Assembly: GCA_028534125.1 (NCBI GenBank)
Contig: CM052816.1
Span: 1,860,001 to 1,924,000, forward strand
Source of the DNA: Lama glama
Lineage: Eukaryota
Reading direction: 5' to 3'
Length of the DNA: 64,000 nucleotides
Made by a program: the position numbers and the translations under genes. The stretch's first letter is position 1. Each line of letters starts with the position of its first letter. Under the pieces are notes generated by a model, which was given only the letters and a program-made list of their open reading frames with translations, had not been told where the DNA came from and made no database searches. This document shows, piece by piece, positions 24,368 through 33,910 of the stretch.

Positions 24368-24646
24368 TTTATGTTGTAGAGTTGGACTGGTACCCTGACG
24401 CCCCTGGAGAAACGGTGGTCCTCACCTGCGATACCCCTGAAGAAGATGGTATCACCTGGACCTCAGACCACAGCAGTGAGGTCTTGGGCTCTGGCAAAAC
24501 CTTGACCATCCAAGTCAAAGAGTTTGGAGATGCTGGGCAGTACACCTGTCACAAAGGAGGCGAGGTTCTGAGCCATTCACTCCTGCTGCTTCACAAAAAG
24601 GAAGATGGAGTTTGGTCCACTGATATTTTGAAAAAGGACCAGAAAG
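24368..24646 (+). CDS. IL12B: IL12B exon 3, Ig-like D1 domain ([21 protein letters not shown]...DILKKDQK)
   Basis: Contained in ORF 24283..24735; acceptor TCCAG, donor AG|GTAATT; 279 nt, phase 1 at both ends. Confidence 0.97.
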
Positions 24647-25207
24647 GTAATTCCATTCCCTTGGACAGTATCAATTTTCTCTTTCATTTCATAAGAGGTT
24701 TTTTTCAAAAAATTAAAAAGGCAAGACATGGTTAATGTAGTTAATGAAGTGATACCAAATCCCTTACTGAAACCACGCAAACCCTACATTTTCCTTTGCT
24801 ACACATTTTGGGTTATTAACCATCAAAATCTCTTGTTGAGAGAGTTTCATGGGGAGTCTGGAAACTTCCTGAGGTTCTCTGTAAGTAACAGTGTTATGAT
24901 TGGATGGCTAATGGAAGTCAACCAACGTGTATGGTGTGTAGCTCAGCTCTGGGCTTTAGAAAAATTAATACCTCCCTCCACTAGTTAGGTGTGGAGTACA
25001 CTCTACAGAATCAGCATCCTAGGGGGCGACTTCTTGTCCCCACTGAACTGCCTGCCAGCGGAGCAGCAGCGTTTTCCAAGGAAATAAAAGGAAAAACCTT
25101 TACTCTTGTACCATTCAGTGACCTGTGATTCATTGCAATAAAGTTCTTTGCAATTTTAACAGAAAGAAAACCCCCAAATATTGAATTTTTGTTCTTTTCA
25201 AATCCAG

Positions 25208-25325
25208 AACCCAAAAGTAAGACCTTCCTCAAATGTGAGGCAAAGAATTATTCTGGGCATTTCACCTGCTGGTGGCTGACGGCAGTCAGTACTGATTTGA
25301 AATTCAGTGTCAAAAGCAGCAGAGG
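25208..25325 (+). CDS. IL12B: IL12B exon 4 ([40 protein letters not shown])
   Basis: Acceptor TCCAG, donor GG|GTAAGT; 118 nt; cytokine-receptor-like FTCWW motif; frame continuous with neighbouring exons. Confidence 0.97.
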
Positions 25326-26804
25326 GTAAGTGAAGCCACGCGGATGTCTCAGCATTTCTCTAGAACTATCTCACTAAGAAAATAAGAGCAATGTAGCAAT
25401 GGCCTATCAGTTAATGATGGGGGGAAATAAAGTCAATTCTATATTTTTGTCAACTTCCCACCCCCTTACCTCTCCCCACACCCCCTTACCTAAATTAGGA
25501 AAAGAACATGGGGATTTAAGCTAATTGTCTGAACAAATGTGTGCATCAGAACAGGGTATATGACTGGGGCCTGGAATAGCTCCTGCTGTGTTTGAACCTA
25601 TTCATCCAAACTGCCTGGCGATGGGTGCATCATTAAGGTCATAGCACCTCAGGAGGATAAAAGGAGAAATCGAGGCTACCGAGGGCTTGCCAAAATGGCA
25701 CCTCCAATTGAAAATAGATACAAGAGCTCTAGGGTGTAGATCTTGAAAGCCCTGAGGCCGACTCCAAAACTCTGCATGGCCTGTAGACATTTTCCCAGGG
25801 CCTCTTCAACTCCTTTCTTTTCAGCTGACACCACTCATCTGAAGTTCACTGTTCATCCAGTGCACTTGGGCTTCCCTAAGAAACCAAGTCTCGTGGATAC
25901 AGGACCTATGTTTGTGCCTCTCTTTGAGTTCCTTCCATCACATCTAAGTTCTCAAACAAAGTTAGGATAACAGAGCAAACCCGGGGTGACCATCCTGGCC
26001 TGGGCACTATGTAACTGAGTAAATTAACTTTTGCGGAGTAGGGGTCTTACTTTTCGATCGTTAAAATGAAAATGCTTTACTGCAGAATCGCTTACACAAG
26101 TGCACAGAGACATAGATGCAAGGGTTCATTGAGATGCTCTTGGTAATCAGCAGGGCAAAGGCTAAAAAAGCGTGGTCCCCGCACAGTGTGCAGGCCTCAC
26201 AATGAATAACCCGATCCATGTGGCCTGTCATGGCACACTCCCCGCAACATGTCCAGAAAGGGGAAAGATCCTTAGTTCATAAAAAATAAAATCTATGTGT
26301 GTATGCATATATGCATGTGGATGTATGGTTGCTTTGAATATTCATAGAAGAATGTCTGGAGGGACACAATGAGCCTTGAATAATATTTCTGTTCGGGGGT
26401 GTAGTTAGGTTTAAAAGGGGGATTAGAGTTAAAAGAGGCATACACATTTCATTTATACACATCTTTATCCTTTTAACTTTTTTAAATTGGTATGTATTGA
26501 TTTCGGAATGCAAGTCAGGAAAATGAATTAAAATTTTTATAAGGAGATTTTTTCACCAGGGGCTTTGGATCTACACATTTTCAGATTCATTTAAGTCAGA
26601 GGCATATAAGTGCTGAGTTGTTTCTCAGCATTTTTATTAACTTTTGAAGCCAAGCTTGTTCTCGTGGGAAGGGCGGTTTCTTAGCCCCTTGGGAGAAAAC
26701 CAGCCAGTTGGAGAAATTGTGTCCTTAGACAGCTGTCCGGCTTCAACTGCTAGGGACTCGCCTACAGACGTGTGACCCAGGATGTTGTCTGTCTTTGACT
26801 CCAG

Positions 26805-27022
26805 CTCCTCGGACCCCCGAGGGGTGACGTGCGGAGCGGCGACGCTGTCGGCGGAGAGGGTCGGCGTGGAGCACAGGGACTCCTGGAAGTACACAGTGGA
26901 GTGTCAGGAGGGCAGCAGCTGCCCAGCCGCCGAGGAGAGCCTGCCCATCGAGCTCGTGGTGGAAGCTGTTCACAAGCTCAAGTACGAAAACTACAGCAGC
27001 AGCTTCTTCATCAGGGACATCA
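26805..27022 (+). CDS. IL12B: IL12B exon 5 ([10 protein letters not shown]...[11 protein letters not shown]...[13 protein letters not shown])
   Basis: Contained in ORF 26782..27036; acceptor CCAG, donor A|GTGAGT; 218 nt; carries the interchain-disulfide Cys (SSCPAAEE) and the conserved NYS sequon. Confidence 0.97.
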
Positions 27023-28484
27023 GTGAGTTGGCTTGATTCCGTGTGCTTAATAAGGACAGATGCCGCCCGTCACGTGTTCGCCATGCCCCGTGCACCCAGG
27101 TGGAGGGTTTACATGCATTCTCTCTTTTATTTTGCACCCCCCCAAATAATTACGCTATAGATACTATTACCTGCATTTTAAGGAAGAGGCAATTGAGCCT
27201 TAGATAGGATAAACAACTTGCCCCAGATCTCACAGCTAGCAGCTCTGACCCAGATCCGCGCCACCAGGAAAAGCAGGCTCTTGGCTGCGCTTCTGTTCTC
27301 CTGCCCAGGCAGCTTCCAGGCTGAGTCCAGTGCAGCCCCTCAGGCATAATATTCATATGCGGAGCAGAGCTTTCCCTACTAATTGCAATTATTCCCAATG
27401 GTCTTCCTCTAGGACTTGAAAAAGAGGCTTCTTTATTGGAATATAAACCCCTCCAAAATGGGTGTCAGTTTTTTTTTAATTGGCAGATGGAGATTTTGCC
27501 ATTTGTCATTTCATTTCCTTTATCATTTCTCCAGTGAATATATCCTATGAAATAAAACGTGAGGGAGTCACAGAGCTTGCTCTGGCATGTGTGGGGCATT
27601 GCCTTTGGTGGGAAGGAGAGGGTTGGGTCTTACTCACATAAGGTGGCCAGGGGAGGTCTCTGGGAAGAGGTGGCACTTAGCGGAGTCCTAAAAGGAAAGA
27701 TGTCACTGTGTTAAGAACAGACGGAAGCATATTTGTGGAGCATCTGCTCGGAGCCGTGGTCTTGGTTTGGAGAGGAGCTGGGGAGCCCAGAGCCATTCCG
27801 CGGACTGTCTCCCCTCCCCTTATCTAGAAGAGGGTCCAGGACTACTTGAGGACAGAGTCTTTCTGACACTCACTGCCATGTTTTCCGTGCACAGTCCATT
27901 GGCTGGCACATGATGGGGGCTCAGTCGTTATTTACTGAATCAATGAATGACTGAGTGTAAAGACAATGCAGCTATAACTGCTACAGGACAAGTCAGGGTC
28001 AGGTTCCATGAAAAGACTAGAGAAGGAGCGCTAGGTGGAAAATCTCTCACTCATCCCCAGCAAGAGGTGAAGTCCTGTTTCGAGTTTGGTGCAAAGAGGG
28101 GGATTGATTAAAGAGAGGTAGTCCTTCACCACATCGCCCCAATGTGAGAGCCATGTCATCTCTAAGAACTTTCCTCTGAGCACCACGCAGAGGTGGTTCC
28201 ACCACCAAGGCCCATAGGATTGTGCAGTGATGAGGAGGGTTCTGAGCCTCTCTCGGGTTCAGCTGTAAAGGAGGTGGCGGCTGGTGAGGACTGCCTCCCA
28301 CAGGCACCAGCGTCAGCGCCAGCAGCAGGGGTGCCTCACGTCTGCCAGCCAGGTGCCCAGAGAAGTTAAGTAACCATTATAGGGACCCAGAGCTGGTTGA
28401 AGGCGGAAGTGGGATCAGAAGCCAGAACTACCTTACTCCAAAGCCCCATTAGGAAAACAAAGGGTGTTTCTCTCTCTTCCACAG

Positions 28485-28642
28485 TCAGACCAGACCCACC
28501 CAAGAATCTGCAGCTGAAGCCATTGAAGAATTCTCGGCACGTGGAGGTCAGCTGGGAGTACCCTGACACCTGGAGCACCCCACATTCCTACTTCTCCCTG
28601 ACGTTTTGTGTGCAGGTCCAGGGCAAGCACAAGAGAGAGAAG
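28485..28642 (+). CDS. IL12B: IL12B exon 6, fibronectin type III domain ([10 protein letters not shown]...QGKHKREK)
   Basis: Contained in ORF 28397..28681; acceptor ACAG, donor AAG|GTAAGA; 158 nt. Confidence 0.97.
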
Positions 28643-28724
28643 GTAAGATGTGGCTCGGGTGCTGTCTATTCTGTGGTCTAGTTTACGGAGGCCCACATCA
28701 AGGAGACGATTAAGGACGATAATA

Positions 28725-28990
28725 ATAGTGAGTGTTTATTTGGCACTTTTTATATGCCTGAAACTCTGCTAAGGGTAATCTATCTATCTATCTATCTATC
28801 TATCTGTATATCTCACTTAATCCTCACAGTAACCTTAGAAAGGCAGGCAGGGTTATTTGTACCACTTCTCTAGTGAAGACACTGAAGCTCAGAGAGGTCA
28901 AGTGACTTGCCCAAGGTCACCCAGCTAGGAAGTGGCAGAACCAGGACACAAACTCAGTCTCCAGGACACAAAGGCCAGGCTTCTAACCAC
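28725..28990 (-). mobile_element. MIR SINE in IL12B intron 6
   Basis: ACTGAAGCTCAGAGAGGTCAAGTGACTTGCCCAAGGTCACCCAGCTAGGAAGTGGCAGA. Confidence 0.8.
28778..28805 (+). repeat. (ATCT)7 microsatellite in IL12B intron 6
   Basis: Seven perfect units inside a MIR. Confidence 0.95.
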
Positions 28991-29744
28991 CCTTCTGCCT
29001 CCAGTATGGTTGATCATTAATGCTTGCTCTCAGAATAGGTCCTAACATAGGAAATCTGGGCTCTAGGAGCCTAAAATGGTTGTTTCAAATGAATGACTCT
29101 AACAGATGATAGTACATTCATGCGATGCCTCACCCAAAATAGGCAATTCCTGGCTGTTCCATATATTGTGGAATTATTTCATCAAACAGAATGTTGGCAT
29201 TTACATAGGCTTAAGACACTGGCTTTCAAACATTCTTGCCTGAGCATTATAATCCTGTGTTCCCAGAGGCCCTTTTATACAGCCCAAGACTCCTCGGACC
29301 CCAGTTTCAGAAATCACTGGATAAAAGCCTTAGTCAGTATCGTGTTTAGCATGTGGTAGACATTCAGTGATTCAGTCACTCGCTGAGAATTTTTATGTGT
29401 GAAAGGGAAGGGCTATTCTGGAGTAGATTTTACCTAAATATTATTTGAAATCTTGATATGTACTTCCCTATGTAAGATCTGTATCATTAATAGGTGGTCT
29501 ATATAGAACACTTTCTACATAGTTAACTGCTTTGCTAAGAGCTTTACATGATTCTTACCTGTGACTTTTACGACTCTATGATGGAGTGATTATTGTTATC
29601 CCTCTTTTATAAAGGAGGAAACTGAGACACAGAGAGCCTAAGACATTCTCCTGTGGTCACACAGCTAATAAGTAACAATGCCTAGATCTGAACACAAATT
29701 TTCTGATAAAAGGATCAGGATATGGTCATTCAGAATATCCTAGG

Positions 29745-29804
29745 GACAGCCAGAACAAATCTGTCTCAGTCTCGAGACAGCCAGAACAAATCTGTCCCAG
29801 TCTC
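29745..29804 (+). repeat. Tandem duplication, period 31 nt
   Basis: GACAGCCAGAACAAATCTGTC(T/C)CAGTCTC at 29745-29773 and 29776-29804, one mismatch. Confidence 0.9.
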
Positions 29805-29839
29805 ACCGTTGGCCTGATCCTGAGGTGAGTGCATATGGG

Positions 29840-30360
29840 GCCTTCCGTCAAGGCAGCTGTGTGAGACAGACGAAAGCCGGACTGGTTTCCTCCTCAGGGC
29901 TTCCGAAGTAGAAAAGCCGCATCTGTGTTGAGAGCTTCCGTCAGCAGGTGGCGCAAGTTGTACGCACTCCCCTACGAACGGCGCGTGTGGTGCCCTGACA
30001 CCAAGGGGCGGTTGTTCTGGGAGACTGTGCTTTGCCAAAATGCGCCCGGCCCACCTTGTGACTGCGTTGCCAAAGATTTCCCTCTCCTTTGCAGAAAGAT
30101 AAACTCTTCGTGGACCAAACCTCAGCCAAGGTCACGTGCCCCAAGGACGCCAGCATCCGCGTGCAGGCCCGGGACCGCTACTACAGCTCGTCCTGGAGCG
30201 AGTGGGCGTCTGTGTCCTGCAGTTAGGTGAGCGGAACCGCGAAGCCCGTTCCAGGCCTGCACACTCCGCGTATCCAGGGGCAGGGCAAGGGCGGGGGCGT
30301 TGCGGGACAGGGAGGGGGAGGGGGTGCCCAGCACACAGTCGCCAGACGCGGAAACGTACA
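29840..30360. promoter_or_regulatory. Intragenic CpG-rich region around IL12B exon 7 with a CTCF-like motif
   Basis: High CpG density in both exon and flanking introns; TCAGCAGGTGGCGC at 29941-29954. Confidence 0.6.
30095..30226 (+). CDS. IL12B: IL12B exon 7, last coding exon ([15 protein letters not shown]...[12 protein letters not shown])
   Basis: Acceptor GCAG; 132 nt; WSXWS-like WSEWAS; TAG stop at 30224-30226 directly followed by donor GTGAGC. Coding exons sum to 88+279+118+218+158+132=993 nt, i.e. 330 aa plus stop. Confidence 0.97.
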   Translation, partial: KDKLFVDQTSAKVTCPKDASIRVQARDRYYSSSWSEWASVSCS

Positions 30361-31040
30361 TTTATTCATTAACAGATATATATTTGATGCCCATAGTATT
30401 CCAAGCACTGTGCTGGACACAGGGATACTGCAGTAAAGACAACAGGCACAGGTCCTACCCTTTCAGAGGGGAAGGCAACGAGAGAGAGCAGTAGCCAAGG
30501 GGCAAAGCATGGGTGACCTGCAAGATGTTTCCAAGAGTCAGAATCTTCTCCGGGGACAACTGGGGGGCCACTGAAGAGCTTTAAGCACGAAAATGACATG
30601 ATCAGATAGTCTTTTAAGAAAACGCTCAAGAGAATCTCTGGCAAGCATGGTATCAGCAAAATCCTAGGCCACATAAGGAAGGGCTGGATCCTCTGACATG
30701 GAATCCCCATAAACCCAGTTGCCCCAGATAACGTGTTATGTGAAATAAGAAGGGTTTGCTGCCAAATTTCGAATCCACATAGACTTTCAACATTCTTTTT
30801 CAGGTTCTAATCTCAGGATGCAGTCTTGGAGGAGAAGTGGAAGCCGTTATGCTATATTTTTAAAAGACAGAATGGAACAGACCCCCAAAAGATATTTTTC
30901 TACCAATTTGCTTTTTATTTTAAGGATTATAAAGATGTCTTTGCTATATTTTTATATTTAATTGCTAAATGCCCACTGGAACAATCAGCTCATTTATTTC
31001 TAGAGTTTCCAGCTAACAGGTTGCCACTGACTTTTGTTCT

Positions 31041-31091
31041 ATTTAAATATTTAAGTAATTTATGTATTTATTCATTTATCACTGTTATTTA
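31041..31091 (+). promoter_or_regulatory. IL12B: AU-rich element cluster in the IL12B 3'UTR
   Basis: Six ATTTA pentamers (31041, 31049, 31058, 31066, 31074, 31087) within 51 nt, typical of cytokine mRNA decay elements. Confidence 0.8.
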
Positions 31092-31869
31092 ACATTTGTG
31101 TGCCAAGATGTACGTTTCACACACTCATGACCTCATTTATAAGGAAGGGCCCTATTATGCAAAAATGTGACCTTATGTGTTATTTATACTGACAACTTTT
31201 CAATCGAGGCTGCACATGCCTCAGTTTTAAAACAACCAGCAAGAACACAAAGTTCTGATGCCAGCGCCAGAATATATTTGTCTTGGATGGGAACACAAGA
31301 AATAGTTAAATAGAGTCCTGGAGATGCGAACCCATTTGAGGAGGTCCTGGAGACCAGATGTTAGTTCCTGTGTCCATGAAGACTTCCTTGAAGTGATGGT
31401 GATCATTCAGGGCCACTTGCACCTCTAAGCAAGTTTAGTCTTTGGATGCCTGAACTGAGAAAGGTCTAAAAAAAAAAAGTGACTGAAATTGAAATTCAGC
31501 TTCAGCCTTCCTGGCAGTCCCTGCTCCCTTCTATCTGTAAGACATGGAGAGTGACATGGAGATGTTGTAAGTGTCAGGAAAGTAATAAGATCTTACAGTT
31601 CGCGAGGGAAGACAAGTATAATTATGGCCAAGGACATAAAATTGTCAGACTTGCCGGTTGCTCCTTAAGAGCCACACGAAGTAGCAAACAGGTGTGGAGA
31701 AAACAGCCAAGGGTCTCTCACTTGTCAGCGTGAGGAACGTGACGAGCGGATGTGACGAGAAAGTGCCAGGTCATTAAAATGCTACTTTTAAGTAATGAAT
31801 GTGCTCTCTGTAAAATGACTCCGTTTGCTTTCTGTTTACTTATTTATTTTTATATTCTGATGGTGAACT

Positions 31870-31875
31870 AATAAA
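31870..31875 (+). terminator. IL12B: IL12B polyadenylation signal
   Basis: AATAAA about 1.07 kb into exon 8. Confidence 0.8.
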
Positions 31876-33724
31876 AATATAACTCTTCTTTGCAATCATT
31901 GAGTTTTGAGCTTTCTCAGCTGATTCGGTATCCTTGTTCCCACGTTTACCATGGCTGCATTACTTTCCCCCCGACTGTTGAAGAATTTCCCCTCCTTGAA
32001 GCAGTTCCATTTCTAGATCTGTGCGTGGAATGGGCCCTTTCCCTTTATGCGAATGTCAGTGTCTTGCTGAGCTGAGGGACTGCCCCTGGGATCTGACCAC
32101 GGGGAGCTCTGCAAGGGCGCTGAGCTGCGTTATTTAGGGGTTAGATACTCTGGCTTCTTTCCCCTTCTAACCTGGAGTCCACTGTACTGGCTTCCCACTT
32201 GGTAAAGCCATGGGCAGCCTATCCCACAGGCCCAGCTCCAGTGTTTGCTGAGGCTTGCCCATGCGTCTGAACACGTGCTAACCCTTGGGGTTGAGGAGTT
32301 CCGAAAACACTTGGGTTGCCGCTCCCAAACAGTGCCTGCTCCTGGCCCAGCTGAAAAGACAGGGATGAAAAGTTAACTTCAATCCCACTGAATGCGAAAA
32401 TGTTCCTTGCATATGGTGCCCTGGGGTTAGAATGAAGGAGAAGGGTCAATGTAACCTGCAGTCACTCGGGAAGGCCCCATGGAGAAGGGGAGGTACTTAT
32501 TTTGGGCTCAAAGAATGGCCAGGGCCTGCCAGTTTCTCGTGGAAAGGGTGAGTGGTGGGACTGGAGAGAACAGTGTCCATTCTCTGCTCTCTTCAGAACC
32601 TAAGTGTACACTTCCGGCTTCCTTGCAATGGCAAAGTAATTATAATAGGGATGTTTGTTTACATTCCTTATTTTAAGTGTCCCCCAGAGCCCTTACTCCA
32701 CCTACTCCTGGCCTGGAGGAATGGTGGGAAGTTTCTACCATCCTCATCCAACATTTGAAACAAAGCATCTTGCGTGATAAGCCCACACTGGGTAGCGCAT
32801 GGTTGGTTAATAATGTGTCCTCCCAGGGGCCTTTCATCTAGAGATGCCAAAACACTAACTGAGCACTTAATAAACAATGCTAACCAAGAAAAAATAATCA
32901 CATTTCGTAAGCTGGGAGACCTGGGGACCTTTCCCAAAACTTCGGGCCAGCCCGGGGCAGGCTCAGATGTTCTGCCTCCCACCACGCCCAGTGCTTTCCC
33001 AGCACGACCACTCAGCAGTTGATTAATTTCAGTTGCATGTAAGCAATGGAGAGGTTTTCTCTTTGGAAGGTATTTTCCAAGACAGTCATTTTTATTGGGA
33101 AGTTAGCCACTACAAATGTATCAAATGTCCTAGCAAAATTGCTCAAGACTGTGGACCAGCAGACTGGGCCCTGGGCCGGGCCAGCCCCGCTACGTGACCG
33201 TGTGACCTTTAGCAGGGCCTTGCTGGTTGTCCAGTCAGTTTTCACCCCCAGCTGCCTTCTCTCCTGATGTCCCTCCTCAGCTCAAAGGTCGGGAAGCGAA
33301 ATCATCACTTTCCCAGCTATCGTTGCTGCCCAGAAAGGCCATGAGACCCAAATTCTGGCCCATGAGATATAAGAAAAATTTTCAGGGAGTTTTCCTGATA
33401 AACAACAGAGTTATGGCTAGCAGTGTGGTTCATGTGTGTGGCGGGGGTGGGGGGTGGGTCTGAGTAAGCAGCTCATGTGGGAGAGACATGGCTGCTGTTC
33501 CTTCATTCACTCCACAATCATTGTTTGAGTTATCACTCTGTGCCTGGCATCATCCTCCACTTTCAGGATACAGGGCTGAACAGGACCTGCCCTCACATAG
33601 CTTCCAGTCTCCAAAGGACTGGAGGTCACTTCCTGAGGGTTAAGAGCACTGTGAAATGAGATCATTGGTTCAATGAGGCCGGCCGAGTGCCTGGCTCACA
33701 GTCAGCACCCAGCAAACGGCAGCT

Positions 33725-33910
33725 ACTTCCACTGACTAGCTCTGTGATCTTGAGCAAGTGACTGAAGCACCTCAAGCCTCAGTTCCCTCATCTGTAAAAT
33801 GGGATGCCAGTTCCTGCCTCATAGGGAAAGTTGTGAAGTTTAAGTGGAATGACACTCAGAAAATACTTAGAAAAACACCTGGTCCATAGAAGTCCTCAAT
33901 ATAAGTTTAT
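33725..33910 (+). mobile_element. MIR SINE
   Basis: CTGTGATCTTGAGCAAGTGACT...GCCTCAGTTCCCTCATCTGTAAAATGGG. Confidence 0.75.

Larger units (their letters stand above)
30804..31897 (+). other. IL12B: IL12B exon 8 (3'UTR; end approximate)
   Basis: Acceptor TTCTTTTTCAG|GTT, clustered ATTTA elements, AATAAA at 31870-31875 followed by a T-rich downstream region. Confidence 0.85.

Noticed and set aside
25459..25491. CACCCCCTTACCT repeated at period 20 in intron 4
   Set aside because: Short low-complexity duplication; it gives two minus-strand AG|GTAAG motifs but nothing else supports an antisense exon.
28481..28490. Alternative AG 4 nt downstream of the exon 6 acceptor (same pattern at exon 7)
   Set aside because: Its use would frameshift; the first AG preserves the frame and nothing indicates use of the second.
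29745..29804. Palindromic ~30-nt direct repeats resembling a CRISPR repeat
   Set aside because: Only two adjacent copies, no spacer, mammalian intron, no cas genes.
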